Positions 1-14,067 of a stretch of 64,000 bases of DNA are shown here, piece by piece; positions within the stretch are counted from its first letter, which is position 1; each line of letters starts with the position of its first letter. Below the pieces are notes generated by a model. The model was not told where the DNA came from, did no database searches, and worked only from the letters and a program-made list of their open reading frames with translations. Both the position numbers and the translations under genes were made by a program. This DNA comes from Octopus sinensis (lineage: Eukaryota), in contig NC_042998.1 in the NCBI RefSeq assembly GCF_006345805.1, positions 91,078,001-91,142,000 on the forward strand, written 5' to 3'.

Positions 1-256
1 GTTATTACTGAACAGTTTTTCACGTATATCTGCAAAACTTACAATGACGTCAATTACTACTTATGACTATTGGTGTGTATAAAGTCAATGATTATTGTAT
101 GCGAATTTCTTACGTCATCACTTCATGTGAATTAATGGGTCTGATAATGAAATGATCAAATAAATTGCGGTCACTTAGAAAGTCTGATGATATGGGCACA
201 GAGTTTTATTATAAATATGATAATTTTTTATATTAATTTTCTTCTTGCCTTATCTA

Positions 257-626
<370 letters not shown>

Positions 627-826
627 ACACCACCAAAAGTTATTGCAGCATACTGGAAATTACCAGTATTTCCATGGGTTTAAGCGGCTATGGGATACCT
701 CTTCTTGTGACAGAATGCTAATCTATTACAGAATTTATATCTTTCTAATGAAAGGTTTTACTCGAAAGATTAAGCTTCAAATACTTCTCCTTTACTAGGG
801 AGCCACTTTGGATATTTTATAAAATA

Positions 827-1312
827 CTAGCAGTATCGCCCGGCGTAGCTCGGATTTGTAAGGGAAATAACTATATAAGCATTTTTAGTGAGTTATAGCA
901 AAAAAATGCATTAAAAATGGAATAAAAAATTATGGTAATTTTGGTGTCTTCAAGCCATGAAGTCGTTGTTCTAAAAGAACGCTGGTCTCCTTGACAACGC
1001 TTTACGACGTTGAATTCTTTACACTCCCCTCCCCACAGCTTCACGAGGGTGCAGGTGTGACCATGGACACCAACTCCGCCGCCATCGACACACGAAAAAT
1101 TATGCATTAAAATGGAATAAAAAATGATGTTAAATTATTTTTAAAATCGTAGACTCATCGTAGACGCGCGCTAATACTCAGACGGGCTTGATATGAATCA
1201 CGACTATAAGATACTCGAATTTGGTTAAACTGCACCGCAAAATGTGGGAGTAGTTAGGAATCTAAATCGAAGGGGACAGACACTCACACAACTACAGTTT
1301 TATATATATAGA
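827..1312 (-). mobile_element. Non-autonomous Helitron-like element
   Basis: On the - strand it begins A|TC (TCTATATATATAAAACTG...) and ends CTAG|T, with a GC-rich subterminal hairpin remnant (CCGAGCTACGCCGGG) just before the 3' end; inserted between A and T. Confidence 0.7.
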
Positions 1313-2318
1313 TATAATAAAATATCTGACAATTACAAAGTGACAATGAAACTTTGTCTCTTTGGATGATCTGCCTTATCTACGACTGAGTGCTTCAACT
1401 CGTATAACACAAGACAATGAAGAACCTTTACATGACCTTTACATGTTAGGAATAGCATCTAAATCTACCTGAAATCACTACTGTTTCAACACATTGGATA
1501 ATATAGATCTTGAAACGATACACATCTGAAAAATAGACGAGATGATCACAGCTGGATTGCTTTTAATTACATGCTTGTTCGAAAAGGATTAGCTTGAGGG
1601 AAAACAGCAACAATAGTTTAGCATAAAAAGAAACTCTGATGTTACTCCCTGAGGAGATGGTAAAATAAATGATAAAAGACAATGATTTGTTTACTATAAG
1701 CTGATATATTTTAGACCACAACTATTCATTTCTATTGAATCTGCATGTGATTGGAAATGGGAAGGTCTAAAAGTAGAATTCTGAAATTAGCAGGCACATC
1801 AAAAAAAAACCTTAATTCAGAAGAAGCTATTGAAACATTCATTAATTGTTCATTGCTTTTGTCACTTACAATAATGACTTATTTGAAGCTATGTAGATTG
1901 AGCCACAAGAATTCAATGTTGTGATGATGAACTCAACACAACGCCAGCGTCAGGATTCGAACCACTGTTTATTTAACCCCGAGAGTGGCATCCTACCAAT
2001 CTGGCTGCTTACGATTTTTGTACATGTGGACAAAGATGTGAGAGTAAACTGTCCAAGCATCAGTGTTAAAGACACACCAATCTTCAACACATTATTTTGA
2101 TGACATGCCAATCTTCAATGGAACAAAATAACAATATTTAAAAAACTGGAGGAAATATTTCAAAAGCTAGCACTAATATTTAGGAAATAAAACGGAAACA
2201 GTCCGTTAATGACGCCAGGTGTTTGAAATGAAAGGCACAGTCAGTCAAACGCACGGGTAACATAAATGGTATTTCAATTGTAGAAGATGCTAACATAGCA
2301 TTATAGAATTAACAAAAA

Positions 2319-2510
2319 GGTGGCGAACTGCCAGAATTGTTAGTATGCCGGGCAAAATGCTTAGTGGCATCTCGTCCGTCTTTACGTTCTGAGTTCAAAT
2401 TCCGTCATGGTCGACTTTGCTTTCCATTCTTTCGGGGTCGATAAAAGAAGTACTAGTTGAACACTCCCCCGAAATTGCTGGCCTTGTGCCAACATCTGAA
2501 ACCATTATTA
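2319..2510 (+). mobile_element. tRNA-derived SINE, family A
   Basis: Recurrent unit GGCGGCGAGCTGGCAGAA...GAGTTCAAATTCCGCC...CTTTCGGGGTCGATAAAATAAGTAC...GGCCTTGTGCC. Further approximate copies at 2530-2725, 2925-3130, 11300-11500, 12030-12200(-), 13540-13680(-), 18770-18890(-), 29796-29980, 31339-31555(-), 40895-41105(-), 47060-47170, 53965-54190(-). Confidence 0.85.
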
Positions 2511-3822
2511 GAATTAGCAAGGACAGCGAACTGGTTGAATTGTTAGAGCGTCGGAAAAAGCATCACATGACATTTGATCTAGCTCTATACATTCTAAGGT
2601 CAAATCCCGCCGAGATCAACTTTACCATTTTTACTTTTGGGGTCAATAAAGTAAAGTACCAGTCAAATACTGGAGTAGATCGTATCGACACACCCTCCCA
2701 ACAAAATTGCCGGCTTTGTGCCTAAAAAAGAACCGTTATTAGATTTAACAAGAGTGGTGGACCGTGTCGTCTTAAGGGACGGAGTCACGGGACAGTTACC
2801 TACAGGGCAAGAAGTTCAATTCTTATACGCGTATGCTGTGGATTGCTGTCAATAAATACTATAGGACCCAGTGCAGTGATTTGTCAGGAGGTGGGGCCTA
2901 TAATGATGCTAAGACGGCGTTGGTGGTGGAGTTGCAAATTCGTTAAAGTATTGAATACAATACCTTCGGATATTTCTTCCGGCTCTTGCCGTTCTGAGTT
3001 TAAAACCCTCCGAGGTCAACTTTTACTTTCAATCTTCTGGGCTCGATAAAATAAAAAGATAATCAAGTATCATGGGCGATAAAACAGACTAACCTCCCAC
3101 CTCCGGCCAAACTTTACACCTTGTGCCTAAATTGAAAATCAAATAAGACATAGCGTGTATTCTCCGTAGAACGCAATAGGGATTCGTGCAGTTATTACAC
3201 ACCGACTGAAATTCACCATCTAAGATAAGTAGAGTGGTAGTAGGTTTTGGTGGCAGAGACCGTAGTGCAGACTTTATATAGAGTACCTCCGCTATCATGA
3301 CAGGGGTCATGTTTGCAGCAAAGTAGAAACGGAAAATAGTGCTAGAATGAAACATTTGTTAATTTTACAATGCTGCTGGGTCATTCGTTATAGAGATCAA
3401 AGGTTATGGAAGGTACTGCGTACAGAAGTCATAGCCTAAAGACTTTACTGCTTACAGAAGTTATATGTTTTAGAGGTTACTGCTGATCGAAGTGAGTTGC
3501 TCATAGATAGTTCATATCAATTTATTGCAACACGGTGGACTAGGCTGTTTAAGAGTCAGGTATTTTGGCCAGCGCGGTATTAGTAGCAAGAACGAGTAAA
3601 AGACATAACTAGATACAATAAATCATTTGTACGGCAATCTACTGATTTTGGTAACCACCGATCTATAAATTATAATTATAAAACACTCACTATCAAATAT
3701 ATTTGCTAGTATGTCCATCTATAACAATGTCTTTATAGATGATTTGGTAGGGAAGTTCGTATCTGATAGATTGCCTTTTGGAATTCGTTTCGGCTCTTTG
3801 CCTTTTGAGTTCAAATAACTTG

Positions 3823-4802
3823 TGTAAAGACAGTGCGATGCGAAGTGACGGGAATTGCTCTTTAGTACATTACACGGTCGATACAATAAATATAAAATGA
3901 ATACTACATAAGTGCTAGGTGGGAAAAGAGACACAACCGAGTAGAATAGTTAAGAGAAGATTTATTGACATGTAAACAATGTGTGTCTGTGTATGTGTCA
4001 TATATACAGAATAATAGACAGGCCGTCATGAGAACAAAATGTATGTGCGTGTGTAAGCATAGATGTATGCGCGTGTGAAGAACATATGGGAATGGCAATG
4101 AAGAAAAAGACAGTGAAAGAGTCTATAGCCATCAAAGTGAAAAGTCCATAGACACAAGAATGAGAATACCTGTTCGTAGTCAATTGTACACGGCAATTGA
4201 AATACTGTATCAAGAAGTTGCGGCCATGATGCCAAGCGGTAACAGGTACATGTCGTACGTGAAGTTGTGGCTGTGATGCTGCTGTTTGGGTCATTTGGTA
4301 CAGTTCTCGCAGGTTGTATATTCACTGTTGATCCATGGTGAAGTAAATAATGAACAGAGAAGTGGTGAAACCTGGGCGAGTTGTCGGTAGAGATGTTGAC
4401 GTTAGAACGATGGTGGGAACTGAGGTAGAGGTTGCCGAAAGCTGTTGGACGAAGTTGGTAAGTCGCGACGTGGCTGCTGTGGTGCTGTCGCTGGAACTGG
4501 CTGTGTCTTGTGTGGTCAGTGGCTAGACCTTAAAAGGAGGAACCAAAGACGTTTAATGAGGAAAAAGCTGGGTTTTTATAAGGAGCAGTAGGCCCGAAAA
4601 GGGTTCGAAAAAGGTTGTTCACGTGATGCTATCTAAAACCTCTGACTGGCTATCTGCAGTCAGTTGGCACAACTAAGAAGGGGATAAATTGTGCCAATAC
4701 CAACCAATCATAGTAGTGGACACAACGGGATACAAACAGCAACCGAAGGTTAGCTGTTCCATGCTACGTTCGAATGTACGTATATAGAGAGTCTACGCTA
4801 CA
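3823..4802 (-). mobile_element. Solo LTR (gypsy-type), 980 bp, inserted into a SINE
   Basis: TG...CA ends (TGTAGCGT...CTTTACA on -); 4-bp TSD CTTG at 3819-3822 and 4803-4806; TATA-like TATAAAAA at 4573-4580 (-); AATAAA at 3961-3966 (-); the two halves of a family A SINE lie on either side. Confidence 0.85.
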
Positions 4803-5045
4803 CTTGAGGTCAACTTTGCTTGTCATGATCGATAAATAAAGTACCAGTCCTCTACTAGGATCGATTCTCCTACTTCTTTCTGTCTGTTTCTCATTTCTAG
4901 CAAGAGATCTTCTGTGGTCAGACTTGGAGATGGAAAGGCACCGCTCGGTCTACAACTGTCCAAGACAGTACTCTTACAATTTCATCAGAAATTCTGAGAC
5001 CAAGGAAAAGACATTAGTATTTTTATTTTTAAAGAATTTTCTGGC

Positions 5046-5048
5046 ATG
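5046..5048 (+). CDS. TUBA: Alpha-tubulin probable start-codon exon (ATG|GTAAAC)
   Basis: Alpha-tubulin genes commonly have an intron straight after codon 1, and exon 2 starts with Arg2 in phase 0. This is the nearest upstream ATG+GT, with G at -3, and a pyrimidine tract+AG at 4899-4900 would make 4901-5048 an exon. Other ATG|GT sites (e.g. 1657) are not excluded. Confidence 0.5.
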
Positions 5049-5364
5049 GTAAACTATAATATTGTTGTTGAATTATTTCTTGTGGTGACACATGATCACT
5101 TACATGTAAAGGAGTTTGGTTGATCGAATCGACTCTAGTTTAATACGATCTTATTCATTCAGTTTTATTATAAATTTGATAACAAACGAATAATGTTTTT
5201 ATAAACACAAACATCAGTTTTTCAATTGTATGACACCTCAACTGTTTGTATCTTTAGATGTAAAAACTTTTCTCCCTTGATGTCTCCGGTTGAGACTTGG
5301 GCGCAGCTCGTAGAAATTAAAGGTACATCATAATTATAATCATGTATTCCTTTATTTCTTTCAG

Positions 5365-5584
5365 AGGGAATGTATCAGTATCCACGTTGGACAAGCAGGT
5401 GTACAAATTGGCAATGCCTGTTGGGAACTCTACTGTCTTGAACACAAAATTCAACCTGATGGTCAAGTACCTTCAGATAAGAAATCGAGGAGAGATGATT
5501 CGTTTAGTACTTTCTTCAGTGAAACTGGAGCTGGGAAGCATGTCCCCAGAGCGGTCTTTGTTGATCTGGAACCAACTGTTGTCG
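5365..5584 (+). CDS. TUBA: Alpha-tubulin exon 2
   Basis: TTTCTTTCAG acceptor and G|GTAAGT donor; translates [73 protein letters not shown]; 220 nt. Confidence 0.97.
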
Positions 5585-6849
5585 GTAAGTATTACAAATA
5601 TCTAAAATTCTGGCATCTCCCGAGTTACAGTATCCTGTATTCTTTTAAATATTGTCGCTATGCGGAATTCTGTAATGCGAAACCTATTTTCTCATTGATT
5701 TCCATATTACAAACTGAGATGCATTCTGACAGAATTCATTCGGAAAAAAGAATACATCTTCTGTGCATGAATTCATCTATTAAAAGATATGATCTATTTC
5801 TTCTTCACTTTGTCTATACACGCTGAATCAGGAGTTTTTGTTGGTTTTTTATTTATCTTTTCAATTTAATGTACCTGTTCATCCGAATGGATTCTACGAT
5901 ATTAAAATATCTAAGCACAGTATGTTTATGTAAGATCATTTGAAAAGAAAAATGTAAGGGAATGAATGAGAATACAGTTACAATACGTATTCATCACAAA
6001 TTATGTTGACTGCAGCGTAAAGAGAATTGGTAAAATAGAAATTACTGAAAGGAAGAGCACTATCTTCTGTTCTGTAGAGAAGGGGTGTCAAACATATGTC
6101 CTGCAGCTGTGTTTAGCCCTCCCCGACTCAATTTTTAAAATAAAAATTATCATTAAATACTTTTTAATTATTATGTTAAATGTGTGTCACTAGCATGCTT
6201 TCAGAGCCGGAGCTCGGCTAGAACCGTGATAACATTAGTACAGATTAGTCGAATCAGTGCTCGTTAGGGGACTTTTTTTTATATCTCAGCCAATGGAAAA
6301 AGCTTTCGAAACCAAATACTAAATGATGTGACCTATTTCCCCTTCACTTTATCTGTAACGTTGAACCAACTTATGTTTCAAATTTACGTATGTGTTTAGC
6401 CAAATGGATTCCAGTGGTGTGAACAATATTGAAAAATTTTACAACTGAAACAATGCCAACTTTCTATCGAGCATTGGTCTTCTCAAGAACTATATACTTT
6501 TATTTGGACAATTTCTGTCTCTGCTTTTTCTCTAGGGATTCTTTCTTAATAATTTATATATACCATATGAATATTTCCACACATCTCTGCGCACAAACTT
6601 TGTTAACACCTCATATTCTTTCCTTTCTTCATTGTTAATAAAGTTATTATGTTTATTGCCCCCTTTATCCATTTACTTTGGTCTACGTTATGAATTAGTT
6701 TTAAGAATAATTGTTATTATCCGACCCTCGGTATCTAGTTTATGATTTAATCCGGTTCTTAAAACCAAACAAGTTTGACACCCCTGTTATTCGTCATCAT
6801 CATCATCATCGTCATTTTCATTGTGACCATCACCATCATCATCATCATC

Positions 6850-8150
6850 TGTATCTGTTGAAGGCGTAAAGAACGTATCCAAAGTTGTTAGGCGTTTACG
6901 ACGTATCTTCTGTTTGTACAGATCAGTGTAAAAGCTGAGCTCATTATGAATTCCTCTAGTTATTTATGTTACGTTCAGGTTTAGGATCATGTTATCAGCA
7001 AAGTCCATTATTTAGCTATATTCTTTAAAGTCGATTCGATCCTAATTCAACCGACGACTTCTTCAAATCTTGCACCATTTTCTAGTCTGGCAATGTTGCA
7101 CCCGACATAGGCTTTCGCCTGAAAAAAAAAACTCTACACGGATAGAAACCCTAACGTTACGGATACAATCTGATTGTATTTTGCCAAACACTATTCTTAG
7201 CTGAGGGTTTCAATTCATACGATGACTCAGCTATAATAATTACAGCTTCTATAATATTAAGCATTTTCTAAAAGTCGAACTATAGGTTTTAACTTACCTA
7301 TCAATTGCATTTACGAGTTATTCTAAGGTAACATATCGATGAAGTTAGCTATCACTTCTTTATCCAAGGAAATTGTGTTCTTGAGGATATATTCAACTCA
7401 TCATCAAAAAGATAATTTATGTTCACTTGTGATTGTCTAAAAGGAACAATACTTTGTTGTAAATATTAATCCTGAGACTATATTTTTCTATAACACAGCA
7501 AAATGTCTGTAAATCAATCTCAGAGAAAGCTCGTTGTATCACCCAAGCCTTCTCATTTGAACACGAAATCAAATGTAGATTACATTATAATAGCCTTTGG
7601 ATGCGTTTCAGTTTTTAGAGTGAACTACAAGTAAGGGGCTTTAATTTCATTCCTCAGCAGTACCCCACCCAGTCATAAAAATGCGTTAGACGATATTTGG
7701 AAGCTTTAAAGACTGGAGCTGATTTTTCTGTACCAATAATCATGAGCTTCCAGAGAATCCCGGTTTCATCAACATCATGCACTTGTTTTAATGTACAACC
7801 TCCTCTAACTAATATTTTGTTCAGCTCCTCGGAATAACTAGTAACAGCTATTTTACAGGACTGGCTGTTTCACTGTTCATTTTAATGTACAAAAATAAAG
7901 TGCCTCTTAAACCTCTCAAATCAGACTTTATTAGCAAGAAATTGCTTTGCATTAGAAGTTACTCGTTCTGCTTTCTGCAAACCGTCGTACAAACTAAGTT
8001 TTCGTTTAAATAGCCTAGGTATTTATCGGCATGTTACGCTTAGGTGTCATCATCGATCCACACACTAAGGAGCTGTTGCATTTTAAGCATCAAATCAGAT
8101 CTAAAAAAGAATATTCGAGGACTTAACAAACTAGTTGTTTGAATAGTTTT
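6850..8150 (-). pseudogene. Decayed Tigger/pogo-family DDE transposase in tubulin intron 2
   Basis: Fragments on - strand with stops and frameshifts: KMQQLLSVWIDD, FERFKRH, EELNKILVRGGCTLKQVHDVDETGILWKLM, EKSAPVFKASKYRLT, MKLKPL, ending RKRLTTLDTFF. Terminal inverted repeats (TIRs) not found. Confidence 0.8.
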
Positions 8151-8700
8151 ATCTTTGATCTAAGTCTTTATTGTCATGTATCATCCTCACCCGTATGTTG
8201 CAAGATTTAACATTTTAGGATGTGGAAGTCATAGGTAGTTTTTGGAAACAACATCTGCAACAACAACAACAGCGACAACAATTTCTGGGTGAAGTGTCTC
8301 TACGACACATCTGCAAAACAAACTAGATTGTCAGTACACCACTGGAGGTTCTTGTTAAAACATGTGGTAGAGGTTGCCAATATTATCTAGGCAAAGGAAG
8401 TTGAGTTTAAAGAAGTAAAAGTGAACAGGGTTAGTGGTGACCCCTAAGAAAGAAGAGAAAGAAAACCTGAGAAATAATGGATGATTCAAGGTAATGACCA
8501 ATATAGCCCCAGATTATTACACTAAGGTGTAATGCAATGAGCCATCGAGTTTTTCACGTTATGTTTTAATCGCCCGTTTCATTTTTCTTTTTTCTAATAA
8601 TCCAAACATGTATTCTTTGGCTAACAAAAAATAAAAGAATCATTTCCTTTAAAATGATTTCAATAACTTCAATTTCAATAACCATCTCAACGTTATATAT

Positions 8701-8743
8701 ATGTATGTGTATACATACATACATACATACATACATACATACA

Positions 8744-8816
<73 letters not shown>
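8701..8816. repeat. (CATA)n/(TA)n microsatellite
   Basis: Direct reading. Other large arrays: (GATA)n 11905-12015, (GA)n/(GT)n 12667-12870, (CT)n/(TA)n/(CA)n 13790-14065, (GTAT)n 15047-15230, (TA)n 40440-40570. Confidence 0.95.
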
Positions 8817-8819
<3 letters not shown>

Positions 8820-10631
8820 ATGAAACTTTTGCGGTCTATTTGAAACGAAATCAAGTCAAAACACATAGGCGAGATACAAGTCGCAATTGTGCAAGGTTCA
8901 AAACCATCTTAAAATTCAATGCTTGTTTGCGTAAAGATGGTAATGCTGATGAAGGGTACCGATAAGGACATGTAGCTTTATGGTCATTGCATATTCAAGC
9001 TTCATCACAGATTCTAACACTTTTATTCTCTCTCATATGCACTCTTCATATCTGCACGCTAAGCTTTGTTTAAAATGTAAATACGTATATAATATTATCT
9101 GTCTTTATAAATTTCTGTATCAGTCTTACTTGCTATAACTGACGATTTAACGTAATTCCCTTGAATACAATTGATTAAATATATCAGCAGCGTGTTAGAA
9201 GGTTACTCTCTTAATCCAGGTTTTAGTTTCCTAAGTATTGGTAGTTGTCCTTTAACACGTTTCTTCGTTAGATATCTAAATAAGAAAATTCTTTATAAGA
9301 GTATTAAACCTGGTCTTCAAATTAGTAATTTAGCTTTCCATTAAAATTCCCCTAATGACTCGAACAGATTAAGAGTATAATTTTTGTCTTACCATTAATA
9401 TTGTGTATGCTATCGTTGTTGACATCGTCATCACGTCAATAGAATCACTATTTAAAACTGCATTTCTTAAAATAATCAGCTTCAAGATTTTTATTGTCAG
9501 ATTTGAGAACTAGAAATAAAATTATAGAGTTGTTAGTAACATTATTTTGTGTTCGATGAAGCAAAATTTTAAAACTAGTTCTATTGGTACCAAAGGAATG
9601 AAAGATTAAACTGGACTGTGATTTTAAGTGTAAGCAATGAGATACTTTAGATAAAGAAATTGCTCAACACCAAACCGGCTTTGATATGTTGGAAAATGAA
9701 TATCTGGAAATTGATATTTTATCAGGCTGTCATAATGGAAGTCATGCAGATTGGAGCTCCAGCTGTTGTAGAATCCATATCATTGATCCAAGGTCTATTT
9801 TTGTTTAAAAAATCTGTTTACAGACTGTCAGTTGTAAAACGCAATCCATACTTAATTTTGTGAGGAGGTATACAATCATTGCATACTCTATAATCACTAC
9901 ATTTGTCTATTAACAATTAATTACGATCTTCAAATTTATTGATTCAGAAGAGAGAATAGTACAAAGTTATAAAGTACTGAAACATCATTTTTGCATAATC
10001 CTTCTTTTTTCTTTTGAACAATACCGGGATTAGAAGAATGCAATTTTAAGCTAATCCATTTCATCATGCGGTATATTATTTGATAAGTGTTCAAAGATTT
10101 AAAACAGCGTTCTTATCATTCAGTCTTAAACCCCACTAGAGAGAGAGTGGGGGGACAGACAGATAGACGAACAGACAGACAAACAGACAAATAGACAGAT
10201 GTTCGACGTGATGAAATGTTCGTATGTTCAGGGTCGGAGCTGAATTCTCGACTGAGTTTCAAATCCCAGTCCGAGTTATTTCATTTCATTTATATCACTG
10301 ATGGTCAAAAGAAAGACATGAACACTATAAAATATTTTTTGATTTCTCTTTATAATTTATAATGTCTCCTACTTATGCCAGATATCAAAGAAAGAAACTA
10401 ATCTTGAATGTTCTTCAACGTTGGAAAAAGAACTAAAGGAATTTCAAAAACAAGAGGTGTTTCTGAAAACAAAAATATATTTTTAAAAAACGGGACATTT
10501 TCTTTATGAAGAACTGAATAAAATCCAATCAAATAGCTATGTATGAATCAATAAAATATGAATGAGAACAGTTTTTATTGACGTTAGCCAAATGTGCAGA
10601 TAATTTCCTCTTAATATGATAAAGAATTTAA

Positions 10632-10836
10632 GGCGACGAGCTGGCAGAATCGTTAACATGCCGGACAAAGTGCTTAGCGGCATTTCGTCAGTCTTTGTTC
10701 TGCGTTTAAATTTCGCCAAGGTCGTCTTCAACTATCGGGGTTTATAAAATAAGTACCAGTTGAGCACTGGAGTCGATGTAATCGGCTCGTTCCTTCCCCA
10801 GAATTGCTGGCCTTGTGCCAAAATTTGAAACCAATA
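10632..10836 (+). mobile_element. SINE family A, full-length, CpG-retaining copy
   Basis: Complete unit GGCGACGAGCTGGCAGAATCG...TTTGAAACCAATA. Confidence 0.85.
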
Positions 10837-11903
10837 TCGTAAAGAATTCATAAAGTTATTGTTAATGTATCATTCTTTATTTAAAAGTGTTGTTCTATAT
10901 TTGATGGGGTTTCAGTGTTGAGAAAGCGTTTTTATTGGTCAATATAATTTTTGCACAGAATTATGAGTAGATTCTTATTGAGGGAAAACTGACTGCGAAA
11001 GATATGTAGCTCCTCTCATAAATATATGTTGCAACAAGATTGCGATCAAGACAGAACACCTACAGATAAGGTATAACAGAATCTCTTTTTCTTTGCGCAA
11101 TAGTAACTCTAACCTGATAGGGAGCCATTTGGATAAAACTTTTACCACGTGATAGGGAAATACTCTGGATTTGTAAACGGCTGGACGAAATTTCTTTGTC
11201 TATTTTTGTTCTTGTGATATGCTAAGATGCATTTTGTAATTCGAAGACTTATAAATTTTCCGTTAGGCTTTCCACATCTCCAGGAAATTGTCTTACTCTA
11301 GATAATTGTAAGGGCGTTAGAAAAATGCCTTGCAGTATTTATACTGGCTCTTTATGTTCTGGTTGCAGACCTCACCTAGGTCAACTTTGTCTTTCTTCCC
11401 TCTGGGACTGATAAAATAGATTACAAGTTAAGAACTGGAATCGAGGGTATCGACCGGCCTCTTCCCCTCAAAATGCTAATCCTGTATCTAAATTAGCAAC
11501 TAATATTGCCATCTCATACCAGACTGGATTCGAACCAGGAAATTACATATACTTTTCGACTAAGACTTGTAATCCACTTATTTATTAGGTCGTTGACATG
11601 AATTTCGTAACAGCTTAATTTTTAGAAAAATCTATGCACCTCATTAGCTCTTAATGACTATATGTGCCAGGTTTTCCCAATGGTTTTTTCGTATTATCTT
11701 AATTTTACTGTATCAGTTTTCTAACCTACGACGCAAGCATTTTGCTTGCCTTGCATTGCCTTAGGGTGTTCAATTCCTGACGAAGTCTTTGGAGCGCCGT
11801 CATGATAAGCGGCTTGTCTTGACATTTTTTAGAACTAGTGGAACGCATCCCTTTCCAGGTTTTGCTGCAGCCGATTTCTTCCAGAGAGGAGAGGGAGAAA
11901 GAG

Positions 11904-11974
<71 letters not shown>

Positions 11975-11983
11975 CAGAGATAG

Positions 11984-12017
<34 letters not shown>

Positions 12018-12685
12018 AGAGAGAGAGAGAGAAAAGAATCTATCCCAGCATAGAACTGGTACTTTCTTTATCGATCACGAAAGAAGAAAAGATACTGTTG
12101 GCCTCTAGTATTTGAATTCTTAAAGCTGAGAGCCAAAAAGAATAACTCAAAGCAATTTACCCAATGTTCTAACGATTCTGCAAATTCGCCACTTTAATCA
12201 CTTTGTAAGACACTCCGATTCACTGACTGAAGTTGATTTCGAAAGTCATATTAATGAGCACTAATTACACTAATAAAATGATTTAATGAAGATCCGCCAT
12301 CGATGATGTTCACGTGCACATATATTCCCCCCTTTTCTCCTTTGCCCTCTCTCTCCTTCCCCCCTCTCTCAGTTACATTTTTGTTAGTTTCCTTTCTGTG
12401 ATTTCGAATCCCTCTTCAATCTTACACTTTTGGACGATTTTAGCAAGCAAAAATCTCTGATGTTAAAAATACAGTAAAATACAAAATGAGGTTAATTGTC
12501 TGGCTAATTATTCCTTGCATGAAAATTGACTGTTGGACACGCAAACAATATCGACAAAATGAAATTCGCTTCTACTTAAAACCATTAATAAAATATGTAT
12601 AATGAAAACCTTTTCAATAATGATTAATCTAGTGAAAACCTATTTTTTACATTTTTAATGTTTTTCCTTTGAGAGAGAGAGAGAA

Positions 12686-12756
<71 letters not shown>

Positions 12757-12790
12757 CAGAGAGATAGGGAGAGAGAGAGAGCGAGAGAGA

Positions 12791-12842
<52 letters not shown>

Positions 12843-13895
12843 GGGAGGGCGTTAAAGAAAGAGAAAACGAGAGAGATCAGTAACCTTGTGCTGAGTTTTA
12901 CTGCCTCGTCTGATATTTTCAGTAGTTGAAAGAATCGTCAAACAAAAGACAAAATTAAATGTAAACTGGGATTAAGGATAAAGAGAGCAGATGTTCTATT
13001 CGAAGCAAGAGGGATGAAAGTTTATTACGGATTAACTCAGCTTAGCACGGTGATTTTAATCAGGTGATATAGATTTGCAGTGTCAACGATTACACGTCAA
13101 AGACAAAATTGTAGGTTTCAAGATAGTTAATCTGGAGAAATGGAAGTACATAAGAGATATGTATTTATTGTTCATCCATACAAAGTGATCAATAGCGTTG
13201 TCGTCATTTGATCCCTCCCACAACTATCATGCCCTCTTTCAGCATTATCAACTTCGACAGCGCACATACGGGGTTGATCAAATCTGCGGATGTTCTGCAG
13301 TATAATAGTGGTTTGTAAGTCACGACAGAAAACATGTCTCACTCTAATCGTATTTCAATTCTTTAAACTGCAGCTGAAGCAAATTTCAGGTGCAAATATG
13401 ACTCAAATATGCGTAATGTTGTCCGAAAATTCAATATTATTTTTGCCTACTCTCCCATAGGTTTCCTCTCCTTAACCCTAAAAAATATAAAGTGCTTCTG
13501 TCTACATTGCAATAGATAAAGTTGATAGAATGTGCTTCAGTCGGTTACAGGAATTTATTTTATCGACATAAGGTGGATCAATATCGAAGTCCACCCTAGT
13601 AACATTTGAATAAAGAATAACGAAGTATCAAATTAAATGCTGTCAAACATTCAGTTCGATGGTTTGGAACAAGGCTTAGCAAACTTATTTGAAGGAGGGT
13701 AGAGCTGGAAATACTTTTATATCTTGCGAACCAAAGCAAATAAATGAAGCCATGTTCATACTATATCAAAGAAACAGCGTGTTTACACACACACTCATCT
13801 CTCTCTCTCTCCCTCTCCCTCTCTCTCTCCCTCCCGCTCTCTCTCTCTCTCACTCTCTCTCTCTCTCTTTCTATCAATCTATGTATCTATGTATC

Positions 13896-13978
<83 letters not shown>

Positions 13979-13996
13979 ATATGTATATATATTTAT

Positions 13997-14051
<55 letters not shown>

Positions 14052-14067
14052 TACATATACACACATA

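Noticed and set aside
45-84. CRE palindrome TGACGTCA plus TATAAA as the tubulin promoter
   Set aside because: Short motifs expected by chance in AT-rich DNA; no linked first exon or donor could be supported.
3089-3355. ORF containing LLILDG, like the second pogo DDE motif
   Set aside because: Single short motif with no other transposase blocks or TIRs.
8940-8980. CTGATGA followed by a short stem
   Set aside because: No GAAAC or NUH at the required spacing. Likewise CTGACGA at 11777 and a CTGAAGCG/GGAA motif near 49820-49850 (-) are at best decayed.
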